Assembly (NCBI RefSeq): GCF_030144855.1
Contig: NC_082710.1
Location: 153,326,001-153,390,000, forward strand
Origin: Hypanus sabinus
Lineage: Eukaryota
DNA length: 64,000 nt
Direction of reading: 5' to 3'
A model generated the notes under the pieces. The model was given only the letters and a program-made list of their open reading frames with translations, was not told where the DNA came from and did no database searches. Made by a program: the position numbers and the translations under genes. Below are positions 46,759-61,028 of the stretch, piece after piece. Position 1 is the first letter of the stretch. Every line of letters begins with the position of its first letter.

Positions 46759-48729
46759 GTGAGTGAGAAGTCCTTCTGTTGAAGCTGTGAAGTGTGTGTA
46801 TGGTGAATTCCTATACAGTGCATTAACAACTACAATATCTTGAATGGATGGAGATGATGGATTAGTTGCCTCTAGGGAATGGAGAATTAAGTAGAGGCAA
46901 GTACCTCTCACTGGAACTTGAGACTGTGTTGGTTAAGTGTCAAGCCAGCAATTTGGTATCGTTTTTTAAAAAGAATGCTAAAGAAACGCAAGGTGCAGAG
47001 AGGAACACAACGAAGAGTAAAATACTATTTCATAAGTGTAGAAAGGGTCTTAGAAAATTTCCACCCTAGGAGATGGCCATTTGGCCCATTAGGTTTATGT
47101 CAGCTTGCATGATTCCCACCAACCCCATTACTCCCATTTATTTTCCTCTGATTGCCCTCTCATTTGATGATCATATTAGTTGAAAAGGTGCTAAGCAGAA
47201 CAATCCTGTCTTTGGGTCTGTAACCTTCCAGGTTATGACACCCAAGTACACTACATACAAACTACTTTTTAAATTACCTGACTTGCTGTCCTAACTCAAA
47301 TGTTCATTTAATGTTTATCCTCTTTTCTGGAGGCCCACTGGTGTGGTGGTGGGGAGTACTGTGAAAGGAGAGTCGGTGATGTAATAAAGGAAGCCTTCCA
47401 AACTAACTTTTGTAAGCCTGGTATTCTGCCCTCACTCTTGTATTGCAGAATAATAGCTTCCTGAATTGTGCTATATTTAAACCAGCTAAAATGCCAAAAA
47501 ATAGACAACTCTTGTTGGCAATAATTAACAGGTAACTATTTCCAGCAAGCCACTATAATAGCTATTTGAATCAGATTTATTATCATCTGCATGTCGTGAA
47601 ATTTGGAGAATATAGTTGCCTTGAGGATTGTGCCCCTTAGCCAAACTTTTGCATATTTAACATTAAAGCTTTAAATTCCTTGCAATAGGGTCAGAAAACT
47701 ACTGCTTCCAGGTAATGTCAGCTGACCCCCAAAGCTAATTATTTACCTGGTTGCTTTGTTAGTGATGTTTGTTCCTGGAGCATGATGGGTGTGTGATGCT
47801 GTCTTATGAAAATAGTTGCTGTCAACATAGTGGAAAGGAGCTGTATATTGTATTGCATTGCTGTAATTGGCTGAAGGCTTTGGATATATTGGGTTTGCTT
47901 TGAAAATGCATAAGTAATGCTGAGTCTATGCAGATTTGCTATTGGTAAGATTGTGATTGAACCCAAATCAAGTTCATTTCCTGGCTTGTTCCATTATTTA
48001 TCTTGGGAAATGCTGTTATGCTCCTGCAATGATGAATTGTCAGTTACCGTTAAATTGTGACTCGGGTTTCACTTGGCAATTTTAATTTGCCTTGCATGAG
48101 AGAATAAACAATACAGGCAAATCTGTGTGTTATTTATCATACTCATTCATATTAACAGGCAATTTGAAATAGTTGGAAAGGCTTTCTAGTGTGGCATATT
48201 TCAAGTAGCTTGCAGAAGAAATAAAATTTATACCAATATTGTAGAGAAAAACACCAGTTTTAAGACTAGAAATGTGAAGTTTATCAATGATTTTTGGCAT
48301 ATCACTATGACTGGGCCATGGGAAACAGTTCCCCACTCTTTGAATAAGCATCATTCTGATGTCCACACCTTGAACAGTTCTTCATAATTATGCACTCGGG
48401 TAATATATTGCATTGTTTGGGATTATGCCAAAATAGACAGGCGATACTGCTGAACCAGTTTTTTGGAGTCAACATTTTGTGAAGCCTAGGTGGGGATCTT
48501 CATGATTTTTTTTTTCTTAACTTTGGACCACTGCTGTAATTTTGTGATTTAAGCTAATTGATTAAGTCTGAAGTAAAGAGCTGAACCCAGAGAAGCAAGT
48601 TAAAGCACCCCACTATGGAAACTGGGTAATTAGATTAAATTAAAGTAAATTTGGTAATCATGAATTTACTGTCTAAAATGACTTTTTTTTAGCTGTTTCC
48701 TCATTTGGGATGAGAAAATGTTAATGTAA

Positions 48730-48954
<225 letters not shown>

Positions 48955-49065
48955 TAATTGGAGATTTTAGAGTTTTAAATTTAGTTTGGTTACGTTTTGA
49001 ATATAGTGTGATATTAATGAAGAGATTTCTGGGGAGGTGTAATTTTTGTTACCTGTTGTTCACAG

Positions 49066-49201
49066 CCTACAGATGATATTGTGCTGATGGCTCAGACTCT
49101 GGAGAAACTTTTTCTACAGAAAGTGGCGCAGATGCCCCAGGAGGAAGTGGAACTAACACCAGCTCCAAAGTCAAAACATTCTAAAGGCCGCAAGACAGGG
49201 G
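49066..49201 (+). CDS. BRD2: BRD2 coding exon 4 (end of BD1)
   Basis: cacag|CCT...G|gtaagg, 136 nt; [27 protein letters not shown]. Confidence 0.97.
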
Positions 49202-50969
49202 GTAAGGGCAATGCATTGGCATCAAATGATGCCTTTTTTTTGTTACTTGCATAAATTTGGGAACAGTGGCAGCTGAGAATCTTCAACTTGAAATGCTGTC
49301 TGTTCCGTCTTCCACAGAGCTGTGTGTTTCCAGCATTTTGGTTTTATTATCTTAAACTTAAATTAGCTTTCCCCTTAAACACCTGTTAAATGCATTCCTG
49401 ATTTGTATAATTTTCCTTTATAATTAAACAATTAAAGTTAGTGTGCCATTCTGATAAATCTTTTGCACTTCCCTTCAAGGCCAATATGTCCATCTTAAAG
49501 TGTGGTGTCCAGAACTACTCGCAGTACTCCAGGTGTGGTGTAGCCAGGGATTTGCGTAGCTTCTACCCGCTTGTGTTCCAGTCCTGTAAGGCCAGCCTTC
49601 TATTGGCTTATTTGATTATTTTCTGGACCTGTAACATTTTAATCTGTACCTTGACCCCCGAATCACAACTGAATCTAGCTTCTCACTCTTTAGACACTAC
49701 AGATGTAGCCATTTCCAGTATGGATGACTTTGTATTTAGGCCAAATTTCATTGTCATAGCTTTGTCAATTTGTATATTTGTGTCTTTGCTATTCAACACT
49801 TTCATCTATACTTCAAATGTCTCCTGATTGAAATTGGAACCTTCATATGTGGCCTTTTCCATCAAATTCTTCAGTGTTTGTCATTCTTTAACAACAATAT
49901 TCTTATTTCTTGATGTCTGGAATCTTTGCTTGTAAAATTTGAAGCAGAATAATCGGTCAACATGTCTGTTGCAATGTCCATATTTTGATTTACATCATCC
50001 GGAGTTCTGTTCTCAAGGGATCGTTTTGATAAACAAAGCACTATGCTAGTTGTGCACCTTGGAAGTTTTGTGTTGTCTTACTATTGAGTTTCTAATTGTC
50101 AGCATCTTCTACTCTTTAAATTTGTTTCTTAGTTATAGGTTGGGAGTCTAGATCTCTTGCCTCAAGTATATAAACTGAGCATCATTGCATGTTCATGCAT
50201 TGCCTAGCTAACAATGAAATTTTGCTTTCTTGGTATCACGTTGCTTCATACTATCAATCTATAAAACTTTAAATTGCCCCGGAACTAGGCTTTTGATACC
50301 TGCTGGCCTGGAATCTGCAGTTGGAGGCCTTCATGTTGCATCTGCTGCTAGGAGAGTTACCCGCATTAACCTTCTAACCATGTTTTCCCTGGAATACTTG
50401 TTCCTCAAATTACCTCTAGTAAGAGAACATAATCTAATTAGAGGCCACATCTACACAACTATTTCCTACCACCTTCCTCATTCACCGTTTCGCTTTTTGT
50501 TGTTTGTTCAGTCTTGATAGAATCTGTATCAGAACAAAGAGCCAAGGCCCCATCAGTCATCCATTACTAATGGTTGCTTTGTTACATTCTCCAAGTCTGT
50601 TAGTTTGGAACTGGTTATTTAGTTTACTGCATGTACTCTGTATAGTGTTTTCAACACTTGGGTCACACTTGTTCTGCTCTGTTTTGTTCATAGGTTTTTC
50701 TCTTAATTACATAACTTTATCACTACATCCATTTTGTTTGTGGCTTGATTAGTTCAGATTCCATCTTTTGGTCCTGTTCTTTAAGTTAACTCCTTGAACT
50801 TGATTCCTCTTAGATATTTACATTTTACTGATCTTGAGAGGGATAGTGACTAGATCTTGCCTTCATTACCTTTTCAATTTAATCTGAAATTCCCTTCCGC
50901 TGGCACAATAGAGGCATAATTCCTTACTGGTTTGTGTACATTGCTTGTGGATTGTAGTCATTTGTTAAT

Positions 50970-51975
50970 TTATTTATATAACCATATAACAATTACAGCA
51001 CGGAAACAAGCCATCTTGGGCCTTCTAGTCCATGCCGAACGTTTACTCTCACCTAGTCCCACTGGCCCACACTCAGCCCATAACCCTCCATTCCTTTCCT
51101 GTCCATATACCCATCCAATTTTACTTTAAATGACAATACCGAACCTGCCTGTACCACTTCTACTGGAAGCTCGTTCCACACCGCAACCACTCTGAGTAAA
51201 GAAGTTCCCCCTCGTGTTACCCCTAAACTTTTGCCCCTTAACTCAACTCCTGTCTTCTTGTTTGAATCTCCCCTACTCTCAGTGGAAAAAGCCTATCCAT
51301 GTCAACTCTATCTATCCCCCTCATAATTTTAAATACCTCTGTCAAGTCCCCGCTCAACCTTCTACGCTCCAAAGAATAAAGACCTAACTTGTTCAACCTT
51401 TCCCTGTAACTTAGTTGCTGAAACCCAGGTAACATTTTAGTAAATCTCTGTACTCTCTCTCTTTTGCTGACATCTTTTCTATAATTCGGTGACCTGAACT
51501 GTACATAATACTCCAAATTTGGCCTTGCCAATGTCTTGTACAATGTTAGCATTACATCCCAACTCCTATACTCAATGCTCTGATTTATAAAGGCCAGCAT
51601 ACCAAAAGCTTTCTTCACCACCCTATCCATAAAAAAAATTCTACCTTCAGGGAACTATGCACCATTATTCCTAGATCAGTCTGTTCTACTGCATTCTTCA
51701 ATGCCCTATCATTTGCCATGTATGTCCTATTTGGATTATTCTTACCAAAATGTAGCACCTCACACTTACCAGCATTAAACTCCATCTGTCATCGTTCAGC
51801 CCACTATTCTAATTGGCCTAAATCTCTCTGCAAGCTTTGAAAACCTACTTCATTATCCACAACGCCACCTACCTTGGTTTCATTTGCATACTTACTAATA
51901 CAATTTACCACCCCATCATCCAGATTATTACTGTATATGACAAACAACATTGGACCCAGTACAGATCCCTGAGGC
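50970..51975 (-). mobile_element. CR1 LINE 3' ~1 kb in a BRD2 intron (antisense)
   Basis: ORFs 51238..51630 and 51804..52133 contain VPQGSMLGPMLF-like and YSLERRRLSGDL remnants. Confidence 0.9.
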
Positions 51976-53085
51976 ACATTAGTTATACGGTGCACAGAAG
52001 GACCTTCTGGCCCTTCGAGCAGCACTGCCCCAGCAACCCCGTTTAACCCTAACCTACTCACAAGACAATTTACAATAACCAGTTCGCCTACATGGTGTGA
52101 GGAAACCGGAGCATCTGGGGAAAACCCACACATTCCATGGGGAGGATGTACAGGCTCCTTGCAGATGACACTGAATTGAACTCCAATGCCCCGAGCTGTA
52201 ATAGCGTTGATCTAACTGCTACGCTGCCTTCTCAGTTACATTTTCCCTTAAGGTGTACATTTCTGCACATGCTAGTCCTATGCTGCCACCACAATCCCTA
52301 GTTCTGCCTGTAGGATGAAGTAAACTGTCAATTACTAAATTCATGAATATCAAATGCTGTAATTTTCACTGTTATTTTTGCCTTTTTTCAAGTTAACTAA
52401 ACACCCACTGAATAACTATTTTAAATGCAGCTTTAAGTATGCATGAGCTGGTGCAAGAGTCAAAGGCAGAACCTTAGCATATCTCGTCTGTGACCAGATT
52501 CTCATCTGTCATCTATTTAAGATAGTTTTAATTGATAATTTATGTTGACTACATGCCACATTAGGATTTGTAGTCCAGTAGTAGTTTTGGACAAAACACT
52601 AATTCTGCGTGGAGATGTGTGACTTTTTGATCTGCTTATTTTTTGTTTTCTTTATGAATAAGTAGACTTCACAATAAACATCCCGATATGTCAGATGCGA
52701 TCATTAATACGTTTTACTATCCTCTTATCCATACTGAAGATTTTTATTTAATCCATTATAGAATTGAATGAAAATGGGAAGGGAATCGATGCTGTGCCAT
52801 TTTATGATGAACACATGCGTGTCAACTGATCCTAGAGTTTTATCTTGTAACTGTCTCCTTGCTGACGTTTTGTCACCAGGTGATGTTGGTTACTAGAGGA
52901 TTCTAGGAACATGATCATGCCTTGAATTCTGAAAATGGATGTTGCCCATTTTAGTAACAGAGGCGGGGTTTGAATACATTTATTTTTTGTGGGGGGGGGA
53001 GGAGGATTGAAGTCCATTTAAAATATACCAAATAAATAGTTGTGTTGCATTGAGTTTTTGAATATTAATTGGTGCCTTTCTACAG

Positions 53086-53306
53086 GTGTGCCTTCTGCTC
53101 CTGGAGGAGTGACTGTATCTCAAGTCCCTATGGTATCGTCTGCGTCTCAACCAACTGCCTACTCTCCTCCAACACCAGAAGTACCCACACCTGTGCTTGA
53201 AATGTCTCAGACTTCAGTTATATCTACACCCACTGTACACAAGTCCTCGCATTCACCACCTCAGTCTGCTTTAGCAGTACCACCTCCTGCACAACCTGTC
53301 ACAAAG
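53086..53306 (+). CDS. BRD2: BRD2 coding exon 5 (Pro/Ser/Thr-rich linker)
   Basis: tacag|GT...AAG|gtaagc, 221 nt; frame consistent with flanking exons. Confidence 0.92.
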
Positions 53307-54484
53307 GTAAGCAGGTCTCATAGTTGAAGGTGGAGGATTGGGTGGTGTGGTGTTGCTGGAGAGAAGAGTGCTTTGAAAGCAAGTAGCTTTCAACATGTAT
53401 AATGTGATCTAATGTCTTGTTATGAGGAATGTTGGGAAATGAGCTTCCAGCAGTAATTCAGTGGTTATTTATAATTTGTTTTTGTAATAATAATTAAAAT
53501 ATTAGCAAAATGTTACGTTATTTTGTAGTTTCTTCTCGGTGACTATCATGGGGGCACTTGAAACAACCTGTTTCCTAAAAAAGAAGTATTAGTTCTGCCT
53601 TTGAGTTTTGTCCTCTCTTGCTGAATAATTTTATTTCAGATAAGTTGTCCTAATTTGTGCTTTGTGGCAGATCGGTCTTGTATATGATGCTTTCATTTAC
53701 CTATTTAGGTTTTTGTTGTACATACTTTGCAAGTAATGGATTGACATGCCAGAGGAAGATTATCAACCCTTTAAGTGATGGCAGTGGTTACTTTGCTATA
53801 ATTATGTTCCTAACTGGGTGGAGGCTTTGGAAATTTTCATTTGGTCCATTAGGTCTGCTCTGTCATTCCATCATGGCTGGTTCATTATCCCTCAATACCA
53901 CACTTCTGCTGTCTTGCCTTCATTACCTTTAACGCTCTTACTAATCGAGAACCTGGACCTGTCAGCCTCCACTTTAAATATGATTGTGCAGATTCAGCAT
54001 CCTCTGGCTAAAGAAATTCCTCATTTTTGTTCCAAAGGGATGTCACTCTATTCTGATGCTGTGCCCTCTGGTCCTACTATAGCAAATGTCCTCTCCCCAT
54101 CCACTCTAGGCATTTCAAGTTTCATTGAGCTTTCCCCTTGTATTTCTAAACACCATTAAACGCTTTTCATGTGTTAATCCTTCATTCCTGTAATAATCCT
54201 TTTGGATAAGGGGCTTAAAACTATTATACCTTCAGGTTGATCATTGATGGACCATTTGTTAAAAATTGTAAATCGCTTACATTAGTATTTGGAGGCTCTT
54301 GGAGAAATGCGTAGTTGGTTCTTTATAGAATCTGTTCCATGGGGTTTGTAAGCTTGTGACTGCAAAGCGTAGGCTGTTACCTTATAGTTTTATTTTTAGT
54401 GGACTTTGTGGAGAAAAGTTTGCTACTTTATTCATTGTGGGCAATAATGCAATTACCATGAGTAATAGATTCTCTTCTTTACAG

Positions 54485-54847
54485 AAGAAAGGAGTGAAGA
54501 GGAAAGCAGATACAACAACTCCAACCACCTCAGTTGTCACTACAAGTGGCGAGTCATCTCCTTCGGTAACTGAAAGCAAAGCTGCAAAGATTCCAGTTAG
54601 GCGTGAGAGTGGCAGACCAATCAAACCACCAAAGAAAGACTTGCCAGATTCCCAGCAGCATCAGAGTTCAAAAAAAGGCAAACTGAGTGAACAGCTGAAG
54701 TACTGCAATGGCATCTTGAAGGAGCTTCTGTCAAAGAAACATGCAGCGTATGCTTGGCCCTTCTATAAACCTGTGGATGCCAAAGCTCTTGGGCTTCATG
54801 ACTACCATGATATTATCAAGCATCCCATGGACCTGAGTACTATAAAA
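54485..54847 (+). CDS. BRD2: BRD2 coding exon 6 (motif A and start of BD2)
   Basis: ttacag|AAG...AAA|gtatgt, 363 nt; [13 protein letters not shown]...[17 protein letters not shown]...AWPFYKPVD. Confidence 0.98.
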
Positions 54848-56281
54848 GTATGTTGCATCCAAGCAACACATTCTCAAATCATCATATTGTTTATACTTGG
54901 ATACAGTGAAACCTGTACACTCAACTGGTTCCTATCTTCATGGTTCTGTTTCTCAGCAAAGTGCTTTTCTCACAAAATTAATTGTCTAGCTCCCACTGTA
55001 AGCAATTCTCTACCATTGAGGTAACAGTTTTTGTTTCTTTAAAACAAAAAGAAACTAGTAATTTTTCATGGGATGAACTTCAAGTTTAATCAACCTTTTT
55101 TTCCCTTTAGTCTCAAAGATGACTACTGAATGCAGGTTTCACTGTACCTTTATAACTGAATTTCTCGGCATACTGCTACATACTCTTGCTTGGAAATGGG
55201 TGTATGCACATTTGTTTGATCGTATGCAAATACGTGGAAACATTTCAAGTTCTTATTCAGATCCTTCTGTTCCTTTGGACAATGCAACTTTTCCAAGCTG
55301 AATGAACTGCTAACAGCTCAGAAAAGTCTGAGCTATGATTCATAAATTCAAGTAGCAGTATTAGAAGATGCAGATAGCCTGAACATTGAAACTAGAATAA
55401 TTCCGGTGTTAACGTTTTTCAAAAAAAAAGGTACAGATAACGTTGAACTTTTAGACAGGAATAATTAAAGTGTACTGTGAACAAAATTCAGCCACGTGCT
55501 AGGTACGTAGAATTACCTGCTGTTCTTCATGGTGGAATCTTAGCACCGTGGCACGGCACTGGTGTTCCTCGAAATTGAGATTCACCCTTGTTTCTTTTGA
55601 CTTTTACAGAAGGCATGACATCCTAGTTTTGGGCCTTCTCTATACTTCCAAACATAATTAAGTTGTGTAATTCTTTTTAGTGCCGTTTTCCCTGTTTGGT
55701 AACTTCTAATTGCTGAAATTTGAAAGTATTTGTGGAAATAGTGTGTATTTGGTACTTTAATTTATAACAGTTATACTATTTGGTTAATTGGAATTTTACT
55801 TCAAAAACTGTAAGATTGTGGCTTTCTGTGTAGAATGATCGATCTAAAGTTGCCCATCATGTCTAATTGTATATAAAATGGCTGAGTGCCTGATAAACTA
55901 CTTTTGATACATATTTTATGATGAATATAATTATTGCAGTAAAGTTGCAAAATAGTGCTTACAAGTAAACATTCATTATAAATATAGGTGTTGGCCTTGC
56001 AACACTCAAAATGCTGGCCAAACTCTGCAGGCCAGGCAGCACCTAAGAAAAGAGTACAATCGACGTTTCAGGCTGACGTACATAATGGAAGGAATAAGTT
56101 CAATGTAAAATTTATCCTGTCATAGAACCTACTTAAAGTTAAGAGTGCTAATAAAATGTTTAGATTTGAATGAAAAGATGAGTAATCCCATCAGTTTCTA
56201 TTTTAATGTGCTGTTGGCAGATAAAGCTGCACTCTATTCCTGTGGTGCAGCTTGTTAAATATCTTTTGTCTTTCCTCTTAG

Positions 56282-56428
<147 letters not shown>

Positions 56429-57450
56429 TAAGAGGAATGTATGTTTTAATAAGCTGATTTATTTTTCTTTGTTACTGTCTGCTTTTTATTTTGAATAGTG
56501 GCCTGTCTTAGAGCATCAAATGACACTAACTAGAGGCGAAATGTTCTAGATCTTGGAATGCAGAGATGAAAATGGCTGGAAATGTGCAGATGGCCAGTTA
56601 CAAGTTTTTTTTTGTTGTTTGTGGCATGGGTGTCACAGTTGTGTAGCTATTAATGCAATGCTTTTAGAGCTTGGGGTGTTGAGTTCAATTCGTAAGGAGC
56701 TTCTGTATTCTCACAGTGACCATGTAAGTTTCCTCTGGGTGCTTTATATTCCGCCTACTGTCCAAAGATGTCTGTTAATTGGCCATTGTAAATTGTCCTG
56801 TGATTAGGCTAGTGTTAATGTGGGTTGCTGGGTGGTCTGGCTCATTGGGCTTAAAGAGTCTGTTCTGTGCTGTATCTTTAAGTAGGTTCATCTTTTTGAA
56901 TAGTTTAGCCCAACACTTGCAGGTTTAGATTCAGCTGGTAAATTTTAAATATCTATACCAATGAGGCAATAGTGTTGATTTGATGTATTCTGCTATGTGT
57001 TTTGTTGATCATAATTTTGCAGCCAAACTGGGCTTTCTCACCACCCCTTTGTTATTTGGTTCTGATTTGTAGTCTTGGCAATGTTCAGCTGTACTTTGTG
57101 ATCTTGACATTTCTACCTATGCGTTTGTATTTGCTTGCCAAACCAACATAAGTACTTTTTTGGTTTACCAGCCAGCTTGATGGAATTTCAGTTATCAGCA
57201 TTTATTTTTGCTGTATTTACCTGCCTTTAATGATCTTCAAATTTCCCTTGTTACCAAAGTATACTTCTTCCTTTGCCCTCCTTTTATCCTTTTACTCTTT
57301 TGTTGTTAGGCTTATTCTCTACAGATTTTTTTTAAACGTTGTAGGCACCTTGTATGTTCTTGACATTTGAAGCTATCATTTCCTTACTGAATTGCATCAT
57401 GGTGTGCACCAGTCACTTGGCTAAAGAAGTTCCATTTATTCTCATTTCAG

Positions 57451-57657
57451 GATGTCTTTGAATTCCGCTTTGCCAAGATGCCAGATGAGCCTATGGACTT
57501 CACACCTCCACCTGCACCAACTACTCTCCCTCCTGTTGTGTCAAAATCATCATCTGATTCTTCCAGTAACAGTAGTAGTGGGAGCTCGTCAGACACTGAG
57601 AGCTCCGATGATTCTGAAGAAGAGCGAGCTAACCGTTTGGCAGAACTACAGGAGCAG
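57451..57657 (+). CDS. BRD2: BRD2 coding exon 8 (end of BD2, Ser-rich, motif B)
   Basis: tttcag|GAT...CAG|gtacag, 207 nt; [14 protein letters not shown]...[18 protein letters not shown]. Confidence 0.97.
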
Positions 57658-58361
57658 GTACAGACTAATACTATTGACTTATTTGTTGGGACTTGTTTCA
57701 CCGATGTAACTATATGTGACACATATAACTAATGCCTTTGAAAAGACGTTTATTGAAACATACAGTGAAGTGCATTGTTTTGCGTCAATGACAAACTGTC
57801 AGAGGATTTGTTGGGAGCAGCCCGCAGGTGTCTCTGCTTCCAGCACCAGCGTAGCATGCCCACAACTTACTTACATGTGCACCTTTGGAATGAGAGAGGA
57901 AACTGGAGTACCTGGAGAAAATCCATGAATATGGGAAGAAAGTACAATTTTTTTTTACTGTGTTTGGAATTGAACCTCAATCTCTGGCGCAGTAAAATGT
58001 TACATTAACCACTACACTACTGTGCTGCCTCATATTCCGAATCTCTACATGCATATGTGGTTAGGTTCATGTGCCTCACTACTTTTAAGAATGAGGGTAG
58101 TTGGTCTTTTAGCTATAAGACTGACTTGCCATTTCAAGCAGAAACAGGAAAAAGTCCAGTTTCCTTAATTTTGCTCCACGCTTTCATTTTAAGGGCTAAT
58201 TTGAGAAATTTATTCTTCTGCAAATATTTTTCAATTTAGCACTTCTGTCTTGGGCCAATAGGAAATAAATTTAGGTTGTATTCTTCATGCAACTTCTTCC
58301 AGAAGAAAGGTAGAGCTACGTTTTAGGATGAACTGTAATGAAATGATCTTTCCTTTTGTAG

Positions 58362-58585
58362 CTAAGAGCTGTTCATGAGCAGTTAGCAGCACTGTCCCAG
58401 GCTCCTATGTCCAAACCAAAGAAAAAGCGGGACAAGAAAGAAAAGAGGGATAAAAAGAAGAAGAAAGAGAAGCACAAGATGAAAGATGAAGAGGATAAAC
58501 TGCTTAAGCCATCCAAATCAAAAGCAGCACCGAAAAAACAGTCAAAAAAGGCATCTGGAGGCAGCAGTTCGGGTGGTAACAATAA
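58362..58585 (+). CDS. BRD2: BRD2 coding exon 9 (motif B and Lys-rich region)
   Basis: ttgtag|CTA...AA|gtgagt, 224 nt; [22 protein letters not shown]. Confidence 0.96.
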
Positions 58586-58960
58586 GTGAGTGTTACTTGA
58601 CTGGCATTAACACTAGACTGAATTGTGTTGAAATTTCAATATTACTTTTTTTAGATTTAGTTTTTAAAAATCTACAAATAGGTTAAAAATTAACGTTGGG
58701 TTACTTTATATATAGAGGTATCATGAAGCATATACTTTTGTGCACCGTAGTAAGTGGGTGCTTGTTCTGGGAACATAATGGGGTGATAACAGTATTTGGT
58801 GACTGGACTTGCTCCCCTTTAATATTGCTGTTCTATATTTTGATGCCAGAGTTTCAACTGCCATTCCTTTGTCAATGACTGGTGCAATTCAAGAATTGGG
58901 TACTTTGTTACTTGCGAGAGAAGATTTTATTTAATGTTGCATTTTTGGGCTTGTTTATAG

Positions 58961-59271
58961 GCAGTCTAAGAAGGCAAAGCAACCTCCTCCACCGCCGCCA
59001 CCACCACCACCTGGTTATGATTCTGAAGAGGAAGATAACTGCAGACCCATGACATATGATGAAAAACGGCAGTTAAGTTTGGACATTAACAAACTGCCAG
59101 GTGACAAGCTTGGTCGTGTGGTACACATCATCCAGTCAAGGGAACCTTCACTTCGAGACTCTAATCCTGATGAAATCGAGATAGACTTTGAAACTCTTAA
59201 ACCATCCACTCTTCGGGAGCTTGAACGTTATGTAATGTCCTGTTTACGGAAGAAACCTCGAAAACCTTACT
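58961..59271 (+). CDS. BRD2: BRD2 coding exon 10 (ET domain)
   Basis: ttatag|G...T|gtaagt, 311 nt; P10[30 protein letters not shown]...[21 protein letters not shown]. Confidence 0.98.
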
Positions 59272-60908
59272 GTAAGTTTGAAGTGTGCTACAGTTTGAGT
59301 GTTTCTGATATTGAGACCAGTTTTCAGCCTCTCCTTACTATTCTGGTAAATTGTATTTGCTGGTCACATCAACAGCAGTTGGGCAATTTGGGAAATGCAT
59401 ATTTTCCCATGTTAAAAGAAGGTTCTCCATTGCTATAAAAAGCTCGATTCAAAAGTTATAGGAAAGTGGAATGTCTGTGCATCTGTCAGGAAATGAAAGG
59501 TGATTTTAAAAATAATGCAACATTATTCTGTATCTGCAAGTAATTTATGAATATGTATTGACAAACTTCTGTTCCCGATGCTGCTGTAATTTGGGGACTG
59601 CCTGCTGTGGCCTTCTAGCATTAGCGTTTAAAGTTAAATTGAGGGTGTCAAAAAGGAGATTCCGAGGGATTGGCTGGTCGAGGGTATAAAAATGTTTTCA
59701 TGTCAGTTGGAAAGTTTACATATTGTTCTGTAGTGCTGTACATTCAAGGGAACTGTAGCTTAAATGACTTGGGAGAATGGTATAGAAGAAAAAAGGTCAG
59801 AGACTGGCTCCTGACTTTCCAATGTCTGTTGTACGTGTAGTACTTCAAAATTGTGATTTACTTATGTGGATGAGTGTGTTTTCAACAGTATTGTTTCAAT
59901 GCCACTTGGGACAAAGTAACCCACTTAATATAATTAACCTCCTCCCCGCTGCATTAACAGTCTCTTCAGTATGGGGCTACATTGTGCGCCATCTACAGCA
60001 GTGGCCTTTCTAGGGCGTTATTGCCGAGCACTTGCCAGACCAGTGATCCTCAAGAGACCGTCATGCATTCCAGCTGTCTGCAGGGCATGTAAGCCAGTAC
60101 GCAAACTAGGACCATATGATAATGGAGAGCAAGGTGTTGTGCATGCAGCTGATAATCCAGAGAACCAATACAGTTTGGCATCAACAGCATTGCTGAAATT
60201 GCTGGTCAGTTTTAAACTCAGTATAGGACTGCCTTACGAGACTCCCAACTCCTGATTTCTCTCTCCCACTGTTTTCAGGGTTTACTCCTGAAGTATTTCC
60301 CATGAATTGGTATAGCTGCTTTTAAGATTGGAGTTTTATTTCTAGATGAGCTGCCAAACATGGCTGACGAGCTTAATCTGTCCAAAGCAACTGGTTGTAA
60401 GATGCCAGTTACCTGCCTTTAACCCTCCTGTCAGTAGAAACTCTTCCACCAGACTTAGTAGCTAAGTCTCACTTGAAGGCTAGAAGATGGACTTGGTTGT
60501 CAGAGACTATTTGAGATGCACACCATTGGGAGCATTTAATAGGTAGTGGGAGCTTATCCCCTCTAGCTCCCCTGGCCATAATAACCTTAAAGGAATCTGG
60601 GCATCTCTAATCCCTGGGATAAAGATGCCAGGCTTGTGAGAATAAAAATGCTATTGCCTGTAATACTACCCTCTTCCTTGGTTGTATGTTTCTCGCTTAG
60701 ACTTTACCCACGTTGTTGCATTGAAAGTGAAACTTACTACCCGATAGTAGCGTAGAACAGGAATGTATCAAGAACTCAGTTTTTCAGCACCATTTAAGTG
60801 TGATTTAGGATGAAAAATGTTTCCCTTCTGAAAGGTGTCCCTGAACTTAGAATTAATCAAGTCTTTTACCCCGATTGTTGATTTCAACAATTGCATTTGA
60901 TATTCCAG

Positions 60909-61028
60909 CCAAAAAGCAAGCAGGAAAGACCAAGGAGGAGCTGGCCATGGAGAAGAAGAAAGAGTTAGAAAAGCGCCTACAGGATGTGAGTGGCCAGCTG
61001 AATCCAAGTAAAAAACCTCCTAAGAAAG
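60909..61028 (+). CDS. BRD2: BRD2 coding exon 11
   Basis: ttccag|CC...G|gtatgt, 120 nt; [26 protein letters not shown]. Confidence 0.96.

Noticed and set aside
55455-55502. Possible 48-nt cassette exon ending in TAG in the BRD2 intron within BD2, plus an 8-bp hairpin at 55315-55334
   Set aside because: The acceptor pyrimidine tract is weak and nothing else supports it; no snoRNA box pattern was convincing.
60279-60309. Strong acceptor and possible 31-nt exon in a late BRD2 intron
   Set aside because: It lies within what appears to be an interspersed repeat and the donor (gtatag) is weak.
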